Of a DNA stretch of 64,000 nt, positions 1 to 31,966 are shown piece after piece. Source of the DNA: the human T2T-CHM13v2.0 reference genome, Homo sapiens; the NCBI RefSeq assembly GCF_009914755.1, contig NC_060941.1, one strand, 5' to 3'. A program made the position numbers and the translations under genes. Positions within the stretch are counted from its first letter, which is position 1; each line of letters starts with the position of its first letter. The notes under the pieces were generated by a model. The model had not been told where the DNA came from, did no database searches, and saw nothing but the letters and a program-made list of their open reading frames with translations.

Positions 1-190
1 CCTCCCAAAGTGCTGGGATTACAGGCGTGAGCCACCGCGCCCGGCCATGCCCAGCAATTTTTAAATTTTTTGTAGAGACAGTTTTGCCATGTTGCCCAGG
101 CTGGCCTCGAACTCTTGGGGCTCAAGCGATCCTTCTGTCTCTGCCTCCCAAAGTACTGGGATTAGAGGCATGACCTACCGTGCCCAGCCT
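1..190 (-). mobile_element. Alu fragments
   Basis: CCTCCCAAAGTGCTGGGATTACAGGCGTGAGCCACC antisense Alu motifs. Confidence 0.9.
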
Positions 191-253
191 GGTCTTTAGC
201 TTTTCAATTCCAAAAATTCAATCCTGTCTGGCCCCAAAGTTCACAGGATTATA

Positions 254-505
254 TGTGGGCAGAAACCTACCCAGGTGCCGAGGCAAGAGACTGAAGGCAC
301 AAACTGTTCCAGTATAATACAGAAAATAGTTAGAATAAGAAAAGTTATACTAGAAATAGGATATAGAGATGATTATATATGGATATTACCAATCATTAGT
401 TTTTAGTACTAATTTCTGTATTATTATTATAACTGAGAAAAAAACCAGCCAATATAGAGTCAAGAGCTGAAGGGACATTGTGAGAAGTGACCAGAAGACA
501 AGAGT
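254..505 (+). mobile_element. 5' (U3) 252-bp fragment of an ERVK LTR13-family LTR, inverted relative to the adjacent full LTR
   Basis: Begins TGTGGGCAGAAACCTACCCAGGTGCCGAGGCAAGAGAC, resembling the recalled LTR13 5' end. It is the reverse complement of 1255-1386 plus 1681-1807, with about 17 differences. Confidence 0.85.
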
Positions 506-516
506 TGGGTGCCAGA

Positions 517-1807
517 TGTAGGGTCCAGCCCTACTGGGCCTTGTGGGTTTTCTCTTCGTATGCAGAGACGAGAGATTATAGAAAAATAAGACACAAGACT
601 AAGAGAAAGTAGGAAAGACAGCTGGGCCCAAGGGGCCACTACCACCAATGCGTGGAGTCCGGTAGTGGCCCCAAATGCCTGGATGCGCTGCTATTTATTG
701 TATACAAGGCAAGGGGGCAGGGTAAGGAGTGTGAGTCATCTCAAAAGATTGATAAAGTCAAGCAAGTCACGTGTCCACGTGATGGGGGCCTTTCCCTTTG
801 TGGTAGCTGAAGCAGAGAGGGAGGACAGCATATGTCAGCGTTTTTTCTGTGCACTTATCAGAGAAATCAAAGACTTTAATACTTTCACTAATTCACTACT
901 GCTATCTTCCAAGAACTTAAAAGAAGAACCAGGTATACAGGCGGAACATGAAAGTGGACAAGGAGCGTGACCACTGAAGCACAGCATCACAGGGAGACGT
1001 TGAAGCCTCCAGATGATTGTGGGCAGGCCTGGCTAATGTCAGGCCTCCCACAAGAGCTGGTGGAGCAGTGTTCTCGAACTCCCCCAAGGAGAGTTCCCTT
1101 TCCCAGTCTGCTAAGTAACAGTTGCCTTCCCAGGCACTGGCGCTACCGCAAGACTGAGGTCTGCTAAGTAACGGGTGCCTTACCAGGCACTGGCGCTACT
1201 GCTAGACCAAGGTGTCATCAGGCAGCCCTTATCAGGGCGTGACAGAGGACTTTCACTCTTGTCTTCTGCTCACTTCTCACAATGTGCCTTCAGCTCCTGA
1301 CTCTGTACTGGCTGTTTTTTTTCTCGGTTATAATGATAATACAGAGATTAGTATTAAAAACTAATGATTGGTAATATTCATATATAGCTGGGCACGGTGG
1401 CTCACTCCTGTAATCCCAGCACTTTGGGAGGCCAAGGTGGGCGGATCACGAGGTCAGGAGATCGAGACCATCCTGACTAACATGGTGAAACCCCGTCTCT
1501 ACTAAAAATACACAAAAAATTAGCCAGGCGTGGTGGCGGGCGCCTGTAGTCCAGCTACTCGGGAGGCTGAGGCAGAAGAATGGCATGAACCTGGGAGGCG
1601 GAGCTTCCAGTGAGCCGAGATCGTGCCACTGCACTCCAGCCTGGGCGACAGAGTAAGACTCCATCTCAAAAATAAAAAAAATCCATATATAATCATCTCT
1701 ATATCCTATTTCTAGTATAACTTTTCTTATTCTGTTTTCTTTATTATACTGGAACAGTTTGTGCCTTCAGTCTCTTGCCCTGGCACCTGGGTAGGTTTCC
1801 ACCCACA
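517..1807 (-). mobile_element. Full-length LTR13-family LTR (HERV-K13/HML-4 type), interrupted by an AluY
   Basis: TG...CA termini on the minus strand (TGTGGG at 1807, CCTACA at 517). Minus-strand AATAAA at 694-699. Followed by TCTGGCACCCAAC (tRNA-Lys PBS start, 516-504). About 1 kb after removing the Alu. Confidence 0.85.
1387..1680 (+). mobile_element. AluY-like element inside the LTR
   Basis: Full dimeric Alu with A tail; target duplication AT(T/C)CATATATA on both sides. Confidence 0.93.
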
Positions 1808-2020
1808 ATTATGGATAGGTGTTCTCACACTACCTAATTCACAGTATACCAATGGATAAACCACAAAGGCCATTATATCTTGTGAAAAAGCATATGTCTC
1901 TTATCCTGGAATCTTGCATTGCCTGGAAGCCTGCACTCTTTCTTTGTGAGACAAGCCAAGGCATCACCAGAAGGTTGCTGGTAGTGACAGAGAGTTGATT
2001 ATAGAATATTAGGGCTGGTG

Positions 2021-2317
2021 GGCCGGGCATGGTGGCTCATGCCTCTAATCCCAGCACTTTGGGAGGCCAAGGCAGGTGGATCACGAGGTCAAGAGATCAA
2101 GACCATCTTGGCTAACACGGTGAAACCCCATCTCTACTAAAAATATAAAAAATTAGCCAGGCGTGGTGGTGGGCGCCTGTAAGTCCCAGCTACTCAGGAG
2201 GCTGAGGCAGGAGAATGGTGTGAACCCAGGAGGCGGAGCTTGCAGTGAGCCGAGATCACGCCACTGCACTCCAGCCTGGGCGACAGAGTGAGACTCTGTC
2301 TCAAAAAAAAAAAAAAA
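2021..2317 (+). mobile_element. AluY-like element
   Basis: Full dimeric Alu ending in poly(A). Confidence 0.93.
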
Positions 2318-2970
2318 GTTTGTTTCAGGTAAAGTGGGGTTGATAACAGGAGCTAACTGGAGATGCCCTACCTATGAATGTTTATTGAGGCACAGAGCAA
2401 GCACTCAGTCAGTATTAGCTGCTGCTAGTAAATAATATTGCTAGGGATTATCGAGGTCAGCTGTGTCCAAGTTCTCGGACATAAGTACCACATCTGAGAA
2501 CTGTAGTCTTACACAGGCACTTTGAGGAAGGGGGTGATATTTTCCACTGTCAGATGAGAAGCCAATTAAGGAACTGTGTAACTCTGAACACATCTGATGG
2601 CTTTTCCCAGCCCTCTTTCTCCTTCAGCCAATGAGAGTTGCACTAGGTGACCTCTGAAGCCTTCTTGTTTGGCACTATGACTGGATGGAAGGAGAGGAAT
2701 CAGTGAGGCTCAGGGGAATCCTCTTCCTCGTCAGAATGGCCCAGGGATTACGCCCCCGCCTTTTGTCATGTACGGGTACAAGGGGAGCAGAGGGAAGATG
2801 GAAGTCAGGCCAGCCTCAGGCCCATTGGCATGGGTACCACTGCCTGGAGGAGCCGCCTGCCCAGCTATACAGCCAGGTCCAGGCCCTCCTGAAGGGCAGA
2901 AACTTTGGACCTGAGTCACATGGAATGCTGATGTTGTCACTAAGGCTACCCATCATTCCCCTCTCTGTAG

Positions 2971-3032
2971 ATGACCTGGATGGACTCCTGAGTGAGCTTC
3001 CTGAAGACTTCTTCTGTGGGACCAGTAGTTGA
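2971..3032 (+). CDS. HROB: Last coding exon of HROB (C17orf53, MCM8IP), homologous recombination OB-fold protein; upstream exons not identified in the window
   Basis: Acceptor CTCTCTGTAG|AT at 2970/2971. Encodes (D)DLDGLLSELPEDFFCGTSS*, matching the recalled HROB C-terminus. 3'UTR ends after AATAAA at 3558-3563. Confidence 0.88.
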
Positions 3033-3557
3033 GACTGCCCCAACGCAGGACAACCCACCATGAGCAGGCAGCTCTGGGCATGTGTCTGGTCACATCCAAG
3101 GGGGAGAAGAAGGCCAGCATGATTGGAGAGTGGACACAGCCGGGGGGCTTCTGTGGTTGCTCCCACCCTGGGTGTTTTCCCTGAGAGCCCCCTCATCTCT
3201 GCGCTGCCCTCACTTTGGGCCTTCCTTTGCCGTTGGCACCAGAATCCGGCCGGAGACTGGCTCTCCAGCCAACAAGAAAGGCCTGTCACCCTCGCCTTGG
3301 GTGTCCCTCTCCTGCCTCAGCTTAATTTTAGAGGATATTGGGCCTGGTTTTCTTGTCCCTTCATACCCTAGTCCCTGGACAGCTGAGGAGATGAAAGGAG
3401 CCACACCACAACAATGGCGGCCTGCCCCTCCACACAGGGGAGAAGCACGCTCAGGCTTCCTCTGCTTTGTCTCTTCAGACCTGTGGTTGCTCTGCTCATC
3501 CATGCCCAAGGTTCCCAGGTGCAGGACAGAGGTGTGGCCTATTGTACCTTGTTCTGA

Positions 3558-3563
3558 AATAAA
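3558..3563 (+). terminator. HROB: HROB polyadenylation signal
   Basis: AATAAA about 525 nt after the stop, followed by pyrimidine-rich sequence. Confidence 0.85.
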
Positions 3564-3701
3564 GCATCTCCTGCTTCTTCTGCCTCCCTTTCTTTTCCAC
3601 CCCCTGCTGCTCCTGCCTAACTGCCCTGCCAGTGCTGTGTGGCCACAAAAGGGCTCAGGCAACTCTTTTTCTCTTTTTTTTTCTTTTTTATATACTTTTA
3701 G

Positions 3702-8050
<4,349 letters not shown>

Positions 8051-9892
8051 AAGCTCCCCTCTGCCCTGGGCCTATTCCCCATTCTTGACACCCATGAGCC
8101 CCGGTCCCCCTGCTCAGTCCTGATCAATCCCACGCTCACATCCTGGCTTCTTGTGTGCTTCACTACCCCACAGGCTCTGAGATCCCAGAAGGCAGGCTGG
8201 GCATCTGATCACCTGGCCCTGTTCCCTCCAGGTTGAAGTCAAGGCCTCCTTTCTCTGCCCTCAGGAAGCTAACTCTACAGACAAGGGGACTGAATACAGT
8301 GGTATCTTGGGACTAAGCTGTTAGGGTACCTAGCTCCTTCAGGTCTGTGTGGCAAGAAGGCAGGGGAGGGGCTAGGCTATGACTCTTGTGTGCCTCAGGG
8401 AGGAAGGGGACACCCACCTGCCTTGGCCTCTCTTGGTCTCACCCAGCCTTGCCAGATTCTCAACCCTGGGAACCCAGCTGTGGGTGCCCAGCCAGGCCGT
8501 TGATGTGGCAATTAACACACCAAATGGGTGCCAACAGGGTTCATCAAGGCTGCATTTATAGAGGCATCTTTCTCTGAGGACCTCCAGGCTTTGCTTTGTA
8601 TGATCTAATTCCTCCTCTGGGATCCCCCACCCTGGACTGCCACCAAGAGGCTGGAGCCAGGCAGAGAGTAGGTGAACAGTAGAGTAGGGGCAATGCCGGA
8701 AAAAGCCCAGGCTGCTGCCACCCACTTGGGCGGGCGGGTGGATGGATGTTTGCTCTGGCAGAGAACAGGGACCTTCGTTCAATGCACTACACATAAGAGG
8801 CCCGCCTGCCATGAGCCAAGTGCTCTGACTGCCAGGGCCTGCTCTGGAGCCCACATCCAGCATGGCAGACCCACATCAACAGCATAGATAGGTGCTTTAC
8901 AGCGTGCCCCTGAGTCCTTCAGGAGTGCAGATTGGGCAGTGGCTGGAACTATAAGAGTCAGGCAATGGGTTGCTGAAGAGACCTCTCAGAGCAGGTGACC
9001 TTAGGGGTAGATCCTCAGGAAGGTGTTGAGGGAATTCTGAGCTAAGGGAATGGCCTGACAGGGAACGGTTGTGGGGAGCCGTGCGTGATGAGGATGCCTA
9101 CCCTACGTGAGTGGCATGGGGCCAAACCAAGGAATTGGGGGCTTAGTTGAAAAGGGCAGGCCAGGTGCAGTGGCTCACACCTGTAATCCCAGCAATTCAG
9201 GAGGCTGACTTGGGAGGACTGCTTGAGGCCAGGATTTGGAGCCCTATTTTAAAAAAATGAAAGGACAGGTATTGGAAGGCAGCAGAAGTTTTTAAGCAAG
9301 GGAATTAACCATTTTAGACAGATCATTCCGGCAGCGGAGCAGAAGGGATATGGCCAGAGGAAGAAACACCAGGTGAAAGACTGAGTTGATCCAGGTTTAA
9401 GGCATTACATCGAGGGGCTGAACTTGAGACAGTCCCTGAAAATGTAAGAACAGGAGCTAGAACTTGCTTATGGGAAGGGCCTAGGGAGAGGAAGAAATAA
9501 AAGATCACTGGGCAAGGTGCTGCTGCAGGGCCAGGAGGCAGGACAGGCAGCGGGAGAAGGGCCAGGAGGAGCCCCAGATGCAGAGGGGACAGACCAGCCC
9601 TGCCTGCAGGCCGCTGTGCACTGAGTGAGCTCAGGGTGAGCAGAGCTTTTGAGCCCTCCCCTTCCCCAGCTTGGCAGGCACACCAGCTTGTGTGGTTTCA
9701 CGGCTTCATTCCTCCCCCTAGAGGCTCCTGGAAGCACAGCTGCTTTCTCCTAAGAGTGAACAGGTCTGTGGCTTAAACATCTTAGGTCCATTCCCAGAGT
9801 TTCCAGCTCAACCCCTTGGCTCTCCTCAGGCCGGCCATGTGAGCCCCCTTAGCAGCTGGGTTAAAAAAATAAATCAAGGATGATTGAAGGTG

Positions 9893-11057
<1,165 letters not shown>

Positions 11058-11751
11058 AAAGCACACCATCTATGTGGGGTCCTGGCTCTGCCTCTCACAA
11101 ACTGTGACCTTGAGCCAGTAGATTACTTTGTTAAGCCTTAAATTCCTCATCTGTAAAACAGAGATAAGACCACCCATCTCAGGGGCATTCAACTGTGATA
11201 ATTTCATTTATTGTCCAAACCAAGTTTACTAATTATTGGGTGGGCTGGGAAGTATGATCCCCTGGGTGAAGGTGGATATGAATGTGATTTAAACACCGTG
11301 AAACTCTGTGCATATGTACAGAGTTATTGCTGTTACTGCAGATGCTGGGAAGAGCTGCTCACCTTCTCAGTAACTCTGCCTTGACCTCCCCTTACCTCCT
11401 GTGCTGAGGTCAGCCCTCTCTCCTCCACGTGGGCCAATGGTGGCTCCTGCCCTCCAGCCAACATCAGAGAGGCTGGAGGCACCTTGTCTTCCTCCCAGCC
11501 CTGCCCATCTCCATGACTGACCTTTTTGCGCACCCTGGACCTTGCCAACCCAAGATGCTCGCTCTAGAGATGAAGGTGGATGCAGATGCTGGGGTTCGGG
11601 GGTGGCCTCAGCTGAGGGCCTGCTGACCAACCAAAGGGTATCGGCAGGGGCAGGGGCTGGCCCTCACCCTGGGCTGGGGGTTGGGCCAGCAGCTTCTCAG
11701 CACCAGGATCATGACTCTGAGCAAACCATGTTTACCAGAGCAGCAAAGGAC

Positions 11752-11770
11752 CTATTTATAGCCTCAGCTG
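11752..11770 (+). promoter_or_regulatory. ASB16: ASB16 core promoter: overlapping MEF2/TATA element plus E-box
   Basis: CTATTTATAG (11752-11761) is a perfect CTA(A/T)4TAG. CAGCTG at 11765-11770 and 11609-11614. About 130 nt upstream of the ATG. Confidence 0.65.
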
Positions 11771-11889
11771 CTGCTTTCTCTGGCTCACGGTGGCGGGGGC
11801 AGGGTGGCTCCTCAGAGCAAGGGAGGTAGTCGGGTCGAGGGAACCTGGCTCTGCCCAGGTGCCACTGCCCAAACCCCTGGGCCCCATCC

Positions 11890-19489
<7,600 letters not shown>

Positions 19490-19574
19490 ACCCCATGTCA
19501 GGCTGTCCCATGGTGTGTTCTGCCCCTCCCACCTGTCCCCGCCTCCAACTGCGGAGGACCAGTTCCTGGCCCTC

Positions 19575-19865
19575 TTTTCTTTTCTTTTTGAGACCTAGTC
19601 TCACTCTGTTGCCCAGGCTGGAGTGCAGTGGCGCTATCTCGGCTCACTGCAACTTCTACCACCTAGGTTCAAGCGATTCTTGTGCCCCAAACTTCCGAGT
19701 AGCTGGGACTACAGGCATGAGTCACCACACCTGGCTGATTTTGTATTTTTAGTAGAGACAGGGTCTCACCATGTTGGCCAGGCTGGTCTCACACTGACCT
19801 CAGGTGATCCACCCGCCTTGGCCTCCCAAAGTGTTGGGATTACAGGCATGAGCCACTGCGCCTGG
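19575..19865 (-). mobile_element. Alu in the ASB16 3'UTR
   Basis: Antisense full Alu about 85 nt after the stop codon. Confidence 0.9.
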
Positions 19866-20154
19866 TTGCCTGCCCCTCTTTTCTGTACTCCACGTGCTGT
19901 CCTGGTCCACCTCACTCCTCCATGGGCTTCTTGAGACACCTGCTGACCTCTAGCCGGACCTGAGCTTCAGACCCTCTCTCCAGCAGGAAGGGCTGCAGAC
20001 TCGGCCTGTTCCCAGACTCGGCCTTCACCTCCCTTCTCCTCCTGTGTTTAAGTGGATGGCCCCTCTATCCATCCAGGTCCCATGCCAAGAACCAGTGATT
20101 CTAGTGGCCCACCACCTCCCTCTCCTGCCACCCTTATACCTGTTCAGCCTCCTA

Positions 20155-20768
<614 letters not shown>

Positions 20769-20769
20769 G

Positions 20770-21148
20770 TCTTCCGTGAGGAGCGCAGAGGAGGTCGCGG
20801 CGCCGGAGGCCCCAGAAGGCTCGAAGGCACCGCGGGCTGGGGTCGGTGGCTTAGGGAGCCCGTCCGGCCATGGTGGCCGCGGGTGGTGGTTGGCGCGGCT
20901 GCGCTGCGGCCCGGGGCAGTGCGGAGCTGGGACAGTCGCGGCGCTGACGCCCGCGGGCCCCAGCTGCAGATATGAAGCGGAGCCGCTGCCGCGACCGACC
21001 GCAGTCGCCGCCGCCCGACCGCCGGGAGGATGGAGTTCAGCGGGCAGCGGAGCTGTCTCAGTCTTTGCCGCCGCGCCGGCGAGCGCCGCCCGGGAGGCAG
21101 CGGCTGGAGGAGCGGACGGGCCCCGCGGGGCCCGAGGGCAAGGAGCAG
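20770..21148 (+). pseudogene. Transduced MAST2 exon 1 fragment (5'UTR plus 59 codons)
   Basis: ATG 20972 encodes MKRSRCRDRPQSPPPDRREDGVQRAAELSQSLPPRRRAPPGRQRLEERTGPAGPEGKEQ, matching the recalled MAST2 N-terminus, ending at GAGCAG. Confidence 0.92.
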
Positions 21149-21189
21149 CCGCCTGCCTTGGCCTCCCAAAGTGCCGAGATTGCAGCCTC

Positions 21190-22424
21190 TGCCCGGCTGC
21201 CACCCCGTCTGGGAAGTGAGGAGCGTCTCTGCCTGGCCGCCCATCGTCTGGGATGTGAGGAGCCCCTCTGCCTGGCTGCCCAGTCTGGAAAGTGAGGAGC
21301 GTCTCCGCCCGGCCGCCATCCCATCTAGGAAGTGAGGAGCGCCTCTTCCCAGCCGCCATCACATCTAGGAAGTGAGGAGCGTCTCTGCCCGGCCGCCCAT
21401 CGTCTGAGATGTGGGGAGCGCCTCTGCCCCGCCGCCCCATCTGGGATGTGAGGAGCGCCTCTGCCCGGCCGAGACCCCGTCTGGGAGGTGAGGAGCGTCT
21501 CTGCACGGCCGCCCCGTCTGAGAAGTGAGGAGACCCTCTGCCTGGCAACCACCCCGTCTGAGAAGTGAGGAGCCTCTCCGCCCGGCAGCCACCCCATCTG
21601 GGAAGTGAGGAGCGTCTCCGCCGGGCAGCCACCCCATCCGGGAGGGAGGTGGGGGGGGGGTCAGCCCCCCGCCCGGCCAGCCGCCCCATCCGGGAGGGAG
21701 GTGGGGGGTCAGCCCCCCCGCCCGGCCAGCCGTGCCATCCGGGAGGGAGGTGGGGGGGTCAGCCCCCCGCCTGGCCAGCCGTGCCGTCCGGGAGGGAGGT
21801 GGGGGGGTCAGCCCCCCGCCCGGCCAGCCGCCCCGTCCGGGAGGTGAGGGGCGCCTCTGCCCGGCCGCCCCTACTGGGAAGTGAGGAGCCCCTCAGCCCG
21901 GCCAGCCACCCCGTCCGCGAGGGAGATGGGGGGGTCAGCCCCCCCACCCGGCCAGCCGCCCTGTCCGGGAGGGAGGTAGGGGGGTCAGCCCCCCGCCTGG
22001 CCAGCCGCCCCGTCCGGGAGGGAGGTGGGGGGGGTCAGCCCTCCGCCCGGCCAGCCGCCCCGTCTGGGAGGTGAGGGGCGCCTCTGCCCAGCCGCCCCTA
22101 CTGGGAAGTGAGGAGCCCCTCTGCCCGGCCAGCCGCCCTGTCCGGGAGGGAGGTGGGGGGTCAGCCCCCCGCCCGGCCAGCCGCCCTGTCCGGGAGGGAG
22201 GTGGGGGGGTCAGCCCCCCGCCCGGCCAGCCGCCCTGTCCGGGAGGGAGGTGGGGGGTCAGCCCCCCGCCCGGCCAGCCGCCCTGTCCGGGAGGGAGGTG
22301 GGGGGGGGGTCGGCCCCCCTGCCTGGCCAGCCGCCCCGTCCGGGAGGTGAGGGGCGCCTCTGCCCGGCCGCCCCTACTGGGAAGTGAGGAGCCCCTCTGC
22401 CCGGCCACCACCCCGTCTGGGAGG
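21190..22424 (+). repeat. SVA VNTR (about 35-50 bp GC-rich units)
   Basis: Repeated GCCCGGCCAGCCGCCCCGTCCGGGAGGGAGGTGGGGGGGTCAGCCCCCC and GGGAAGTGAGGAGCGTCTCT units. Confidence 0.95.
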
Positions 22425-22699
22425 TGTGCCCAACAGCTCATTGAGAACGGGCCAGGATGACAATGGCGGCTTTGTGGAATAGAAAGGCGGGAAAGGTGGG
22501 GAAAAGATTGAGAAATCGGATGGTTGCCGTGTCTGTGTAGAAAGAAGTAGACATGGGAGACTTTTCATTTTGTTCTGCACTAAGAAAAATTCCTCTGCCT
22601 TGGGATCCTGTTGATCTGTGACCTTACCCCCAACCCTGTGCTCTCTGAAACATGTGCTGTGTCCACTCAGGGTTAAAAAAAAAAAAAAAAAAAAAAAAG

Positions 22700-22870
<171 letters not shown>

Positions 22871-23596
22871 GAGAAAACAACTCAGTAGAACAGAGCCTCT
22901 AGCCTCTGCCAAATTATCTGGCCTCTTGACTTCCCTTCTTCCTTCCAAGGTTCATCTCCAGCCTTAGTAAACAAGTCACCAGTTGCTGGATGTGACCTGC
23001 TCCTCTTTGCTTTCAGGTGTTTGCATGTGTTATTCCTACCGCTTGGAATACTCTTCCACATTTTTTGGCCTGGTCAAGGCTGATCTGGCCCTCAGGACTC
23101 AGTTCCAATAGCACTATCTCTGCAGAGGCTTCCTTGGTACTTATTTAAGTGCCTGTGGTTGTCTCAACTAGGCTGAGACTGGAACTATATTCCTTAAACA
23201 GGTATTTTAGTAAATGACTGCGGAAGGAGGAACATCCATGAGCCTGGGGTCCATCTATGTGCTCCCTCCGTCCCCAAGTGATGAATGGTGTCTTAAACAG
23301 TGGTCACCACATACAGTCTCTGAGGGCCCAGCCACCAACTGCCCGAATTCCCCAACTTCTTCCTCTTGTCCCAGAGTCAAAAGTACCACAATACAGCTTT
23401 TGGAGGAAGCTTTTCAAAGCAAGCCAGTTTTTATGAGTGCAAATAAATGATTAGTCCATGGAACCAAAGTATGGATGTTGTTTGACTTAAATGGGACAGA
23501 GGTCCCCATCATTCCATGTTCATTCCCCACCCCCTGGTGCTGTTCTGTGGTTTCCAAGTTTTCTGCATTGAGCAACTGTTACAAGAACAACACAAG

Positions 23597-27439
<3,843 letters not shown>

Positions 27440-27679
27440 TTAACTGCAAAAATCTGGATAAGTTCTTGAAAGCTGGACTTTTCCCCCTTTTTGTGTCCTA
27501 AGCCTGCGCCGAATCTGTGCCTTCTTTGAAATGCTTTCCCGCCTTCTTTCTCCGGGTCCCACACTACCTGGGGCCGCACTCTTCAAGCACTGGATGCTGA
27601 CTAACTGGTCTCCTTATCTGTCTTCCCGACTGGCCCAGAGCTGAGTTCTTACTAATCCCCGCTAACCTGGAGTTAGGTG

Positions 27680-28640
27680 CGCGTTGCAAAGCAGTAACGA
27701 ATCCAATCAGCCGGGGAGGCAGACAGCAGGGCCGGAAGAACAAAGCTGGAAAGGGAAACGTCGCACCGGCTCTGCCCAGCGGCGCCAGCCCGGGCAACCT
27801 TCCGCAGTCGCGAAGCCACGCCCCTTTCCCAAGTACCTCCGCGCTAACTCCTCCCCCCTGGCCCCGCCTCTCACCCTGGATTGCCTAAGGCCCCGCCCAC
27901 CAGGCGTGGCCCCGCTCTGGGAGGGCCGCAATCCCGCCAACAATGACTCCACCCCTCCTTCCGCTGAGAAACCTGTCCCTTTTATTTAAAGAATACCTTT
28001 TACGTCAGCCCGTCTTACGCAGCTTCGCGTCATCAGTGCAAGGCGCGGAGGCGGGACTTCCTGTCCCTGGTATAACAGCTTCCGGGAGAAGCCGGAAGAG
28101 ACCGGACCCTGAACAGAATCGCAGATTGCCAGCCCTTTTCCCGACCCCTACGGAAAGACGAGTCCAGGGGCCGTCCTGGCGAGGTCAAAACATTTAGTCT
28201 GGTCTTTTCAGGTGAGGACTTCCCCATCCAGGCACAGTGCCGGTCCAATCCCCCTTTAATTTCCCATGACTCCTCGCGTCCTGAAGCCCCGCCCCCAGTT
28301 CCCCAGCCCCGCCCCGAAGTTTGAGGGGTGTGGACGGTTTGTGACCCCCTTAGCCGACCCTACTCCTCACTGGCCGGGACAACTGGTCTTATCACGGAGG
28401 CTGGGGCCAGGCAGCCCTTCGGTTCGGGTGGGCCCATGGACCCCAGTCCAACGCCGAGGGAATAGGACCATCCAAAAGCGGAACCTTCGCCTCAGAAAAA
28501 GGGTGCGGGACCCCTCCTCACCGTGCGGTCACGGTACGGACAGGGTAGATCACAGGCTGAGGGACAGAGCAAAGACCCCTGAGGCCGGACACCTGGGGTC
28601 CTGCCGGGCCCCTCCCCACGAGAGTTCCCTGTGTCTGTGC
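27680..28640. promoter_or_regulatory. CpG-island bidirectional promoter of TMUB2 and ASB16-AS1
   Basis: CpG-rich; GC boxes (CCCCGCCC); paired ETS sites CTTCCGGGAGAAGCCGGAAG at about 28079-28098; CCAAT near 27703; TMUB2 exon-1 donor CAG|GTGAGG at 28211. Confidence 0.8.
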
Positions 28641-28810
28641 CAATCGTTTTCGTCTTTCTTTGCCGCAGTTTCTTTTCCTGTAAATCATGGTTAATGACAT
28701 TAACCTTCTTACCATCAGGGGTTAGTTGTGGTTGTGATAAATAATTACTACCGTTATTAAGCAATTGCAATTTGCAGTGTGCCAGGCACTGTGCCAAGTA
28801 TTTTGCTTCG

Positions 28811-31966
<3,156 letters not shown>

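Larger units (their letters stand above)
20770..22678 (+). mobile_element. SVA_F1 (MAST2-SVA) retrotransposon, 3'-truncated
   Basis: MAST2 exon-1 sequence 20770-21148 joined to SVA Alu-like CCGCCTGCCTTGGCCTCCCAAAGTGCCGAGATTGCAGCC. GC-rich VNTR about 21190-22424. SINE-R about 22425-22677. No CCCTCT hexamer. A20G target duplication. Confidence 0.95.

Noticed and set aside
254-1807. DNA transposon interpretation of the 250-bp terminal inverted repeats
   Set aside because: The sequence is LTR-derived, with TG...CA ends, a poly(A) signal and a tRNA-Lys PBS, and no transposase remnant.
2685-2970. N-terminal part of the 115-aa ORF preceding the HROB C-terminus
   Set aside because: Intronic read-through upstream of the acceptor at 2970; the same applies to 12851-13145 before ASB16 exon 2.
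21190-22424. Regular repeats resembling a CRISPR array, and long ORFs such as 20634-21689
   Set aside because: These are SVA VNTR units without unique spacers; the ORFs arise from stop-poor GC repeats.
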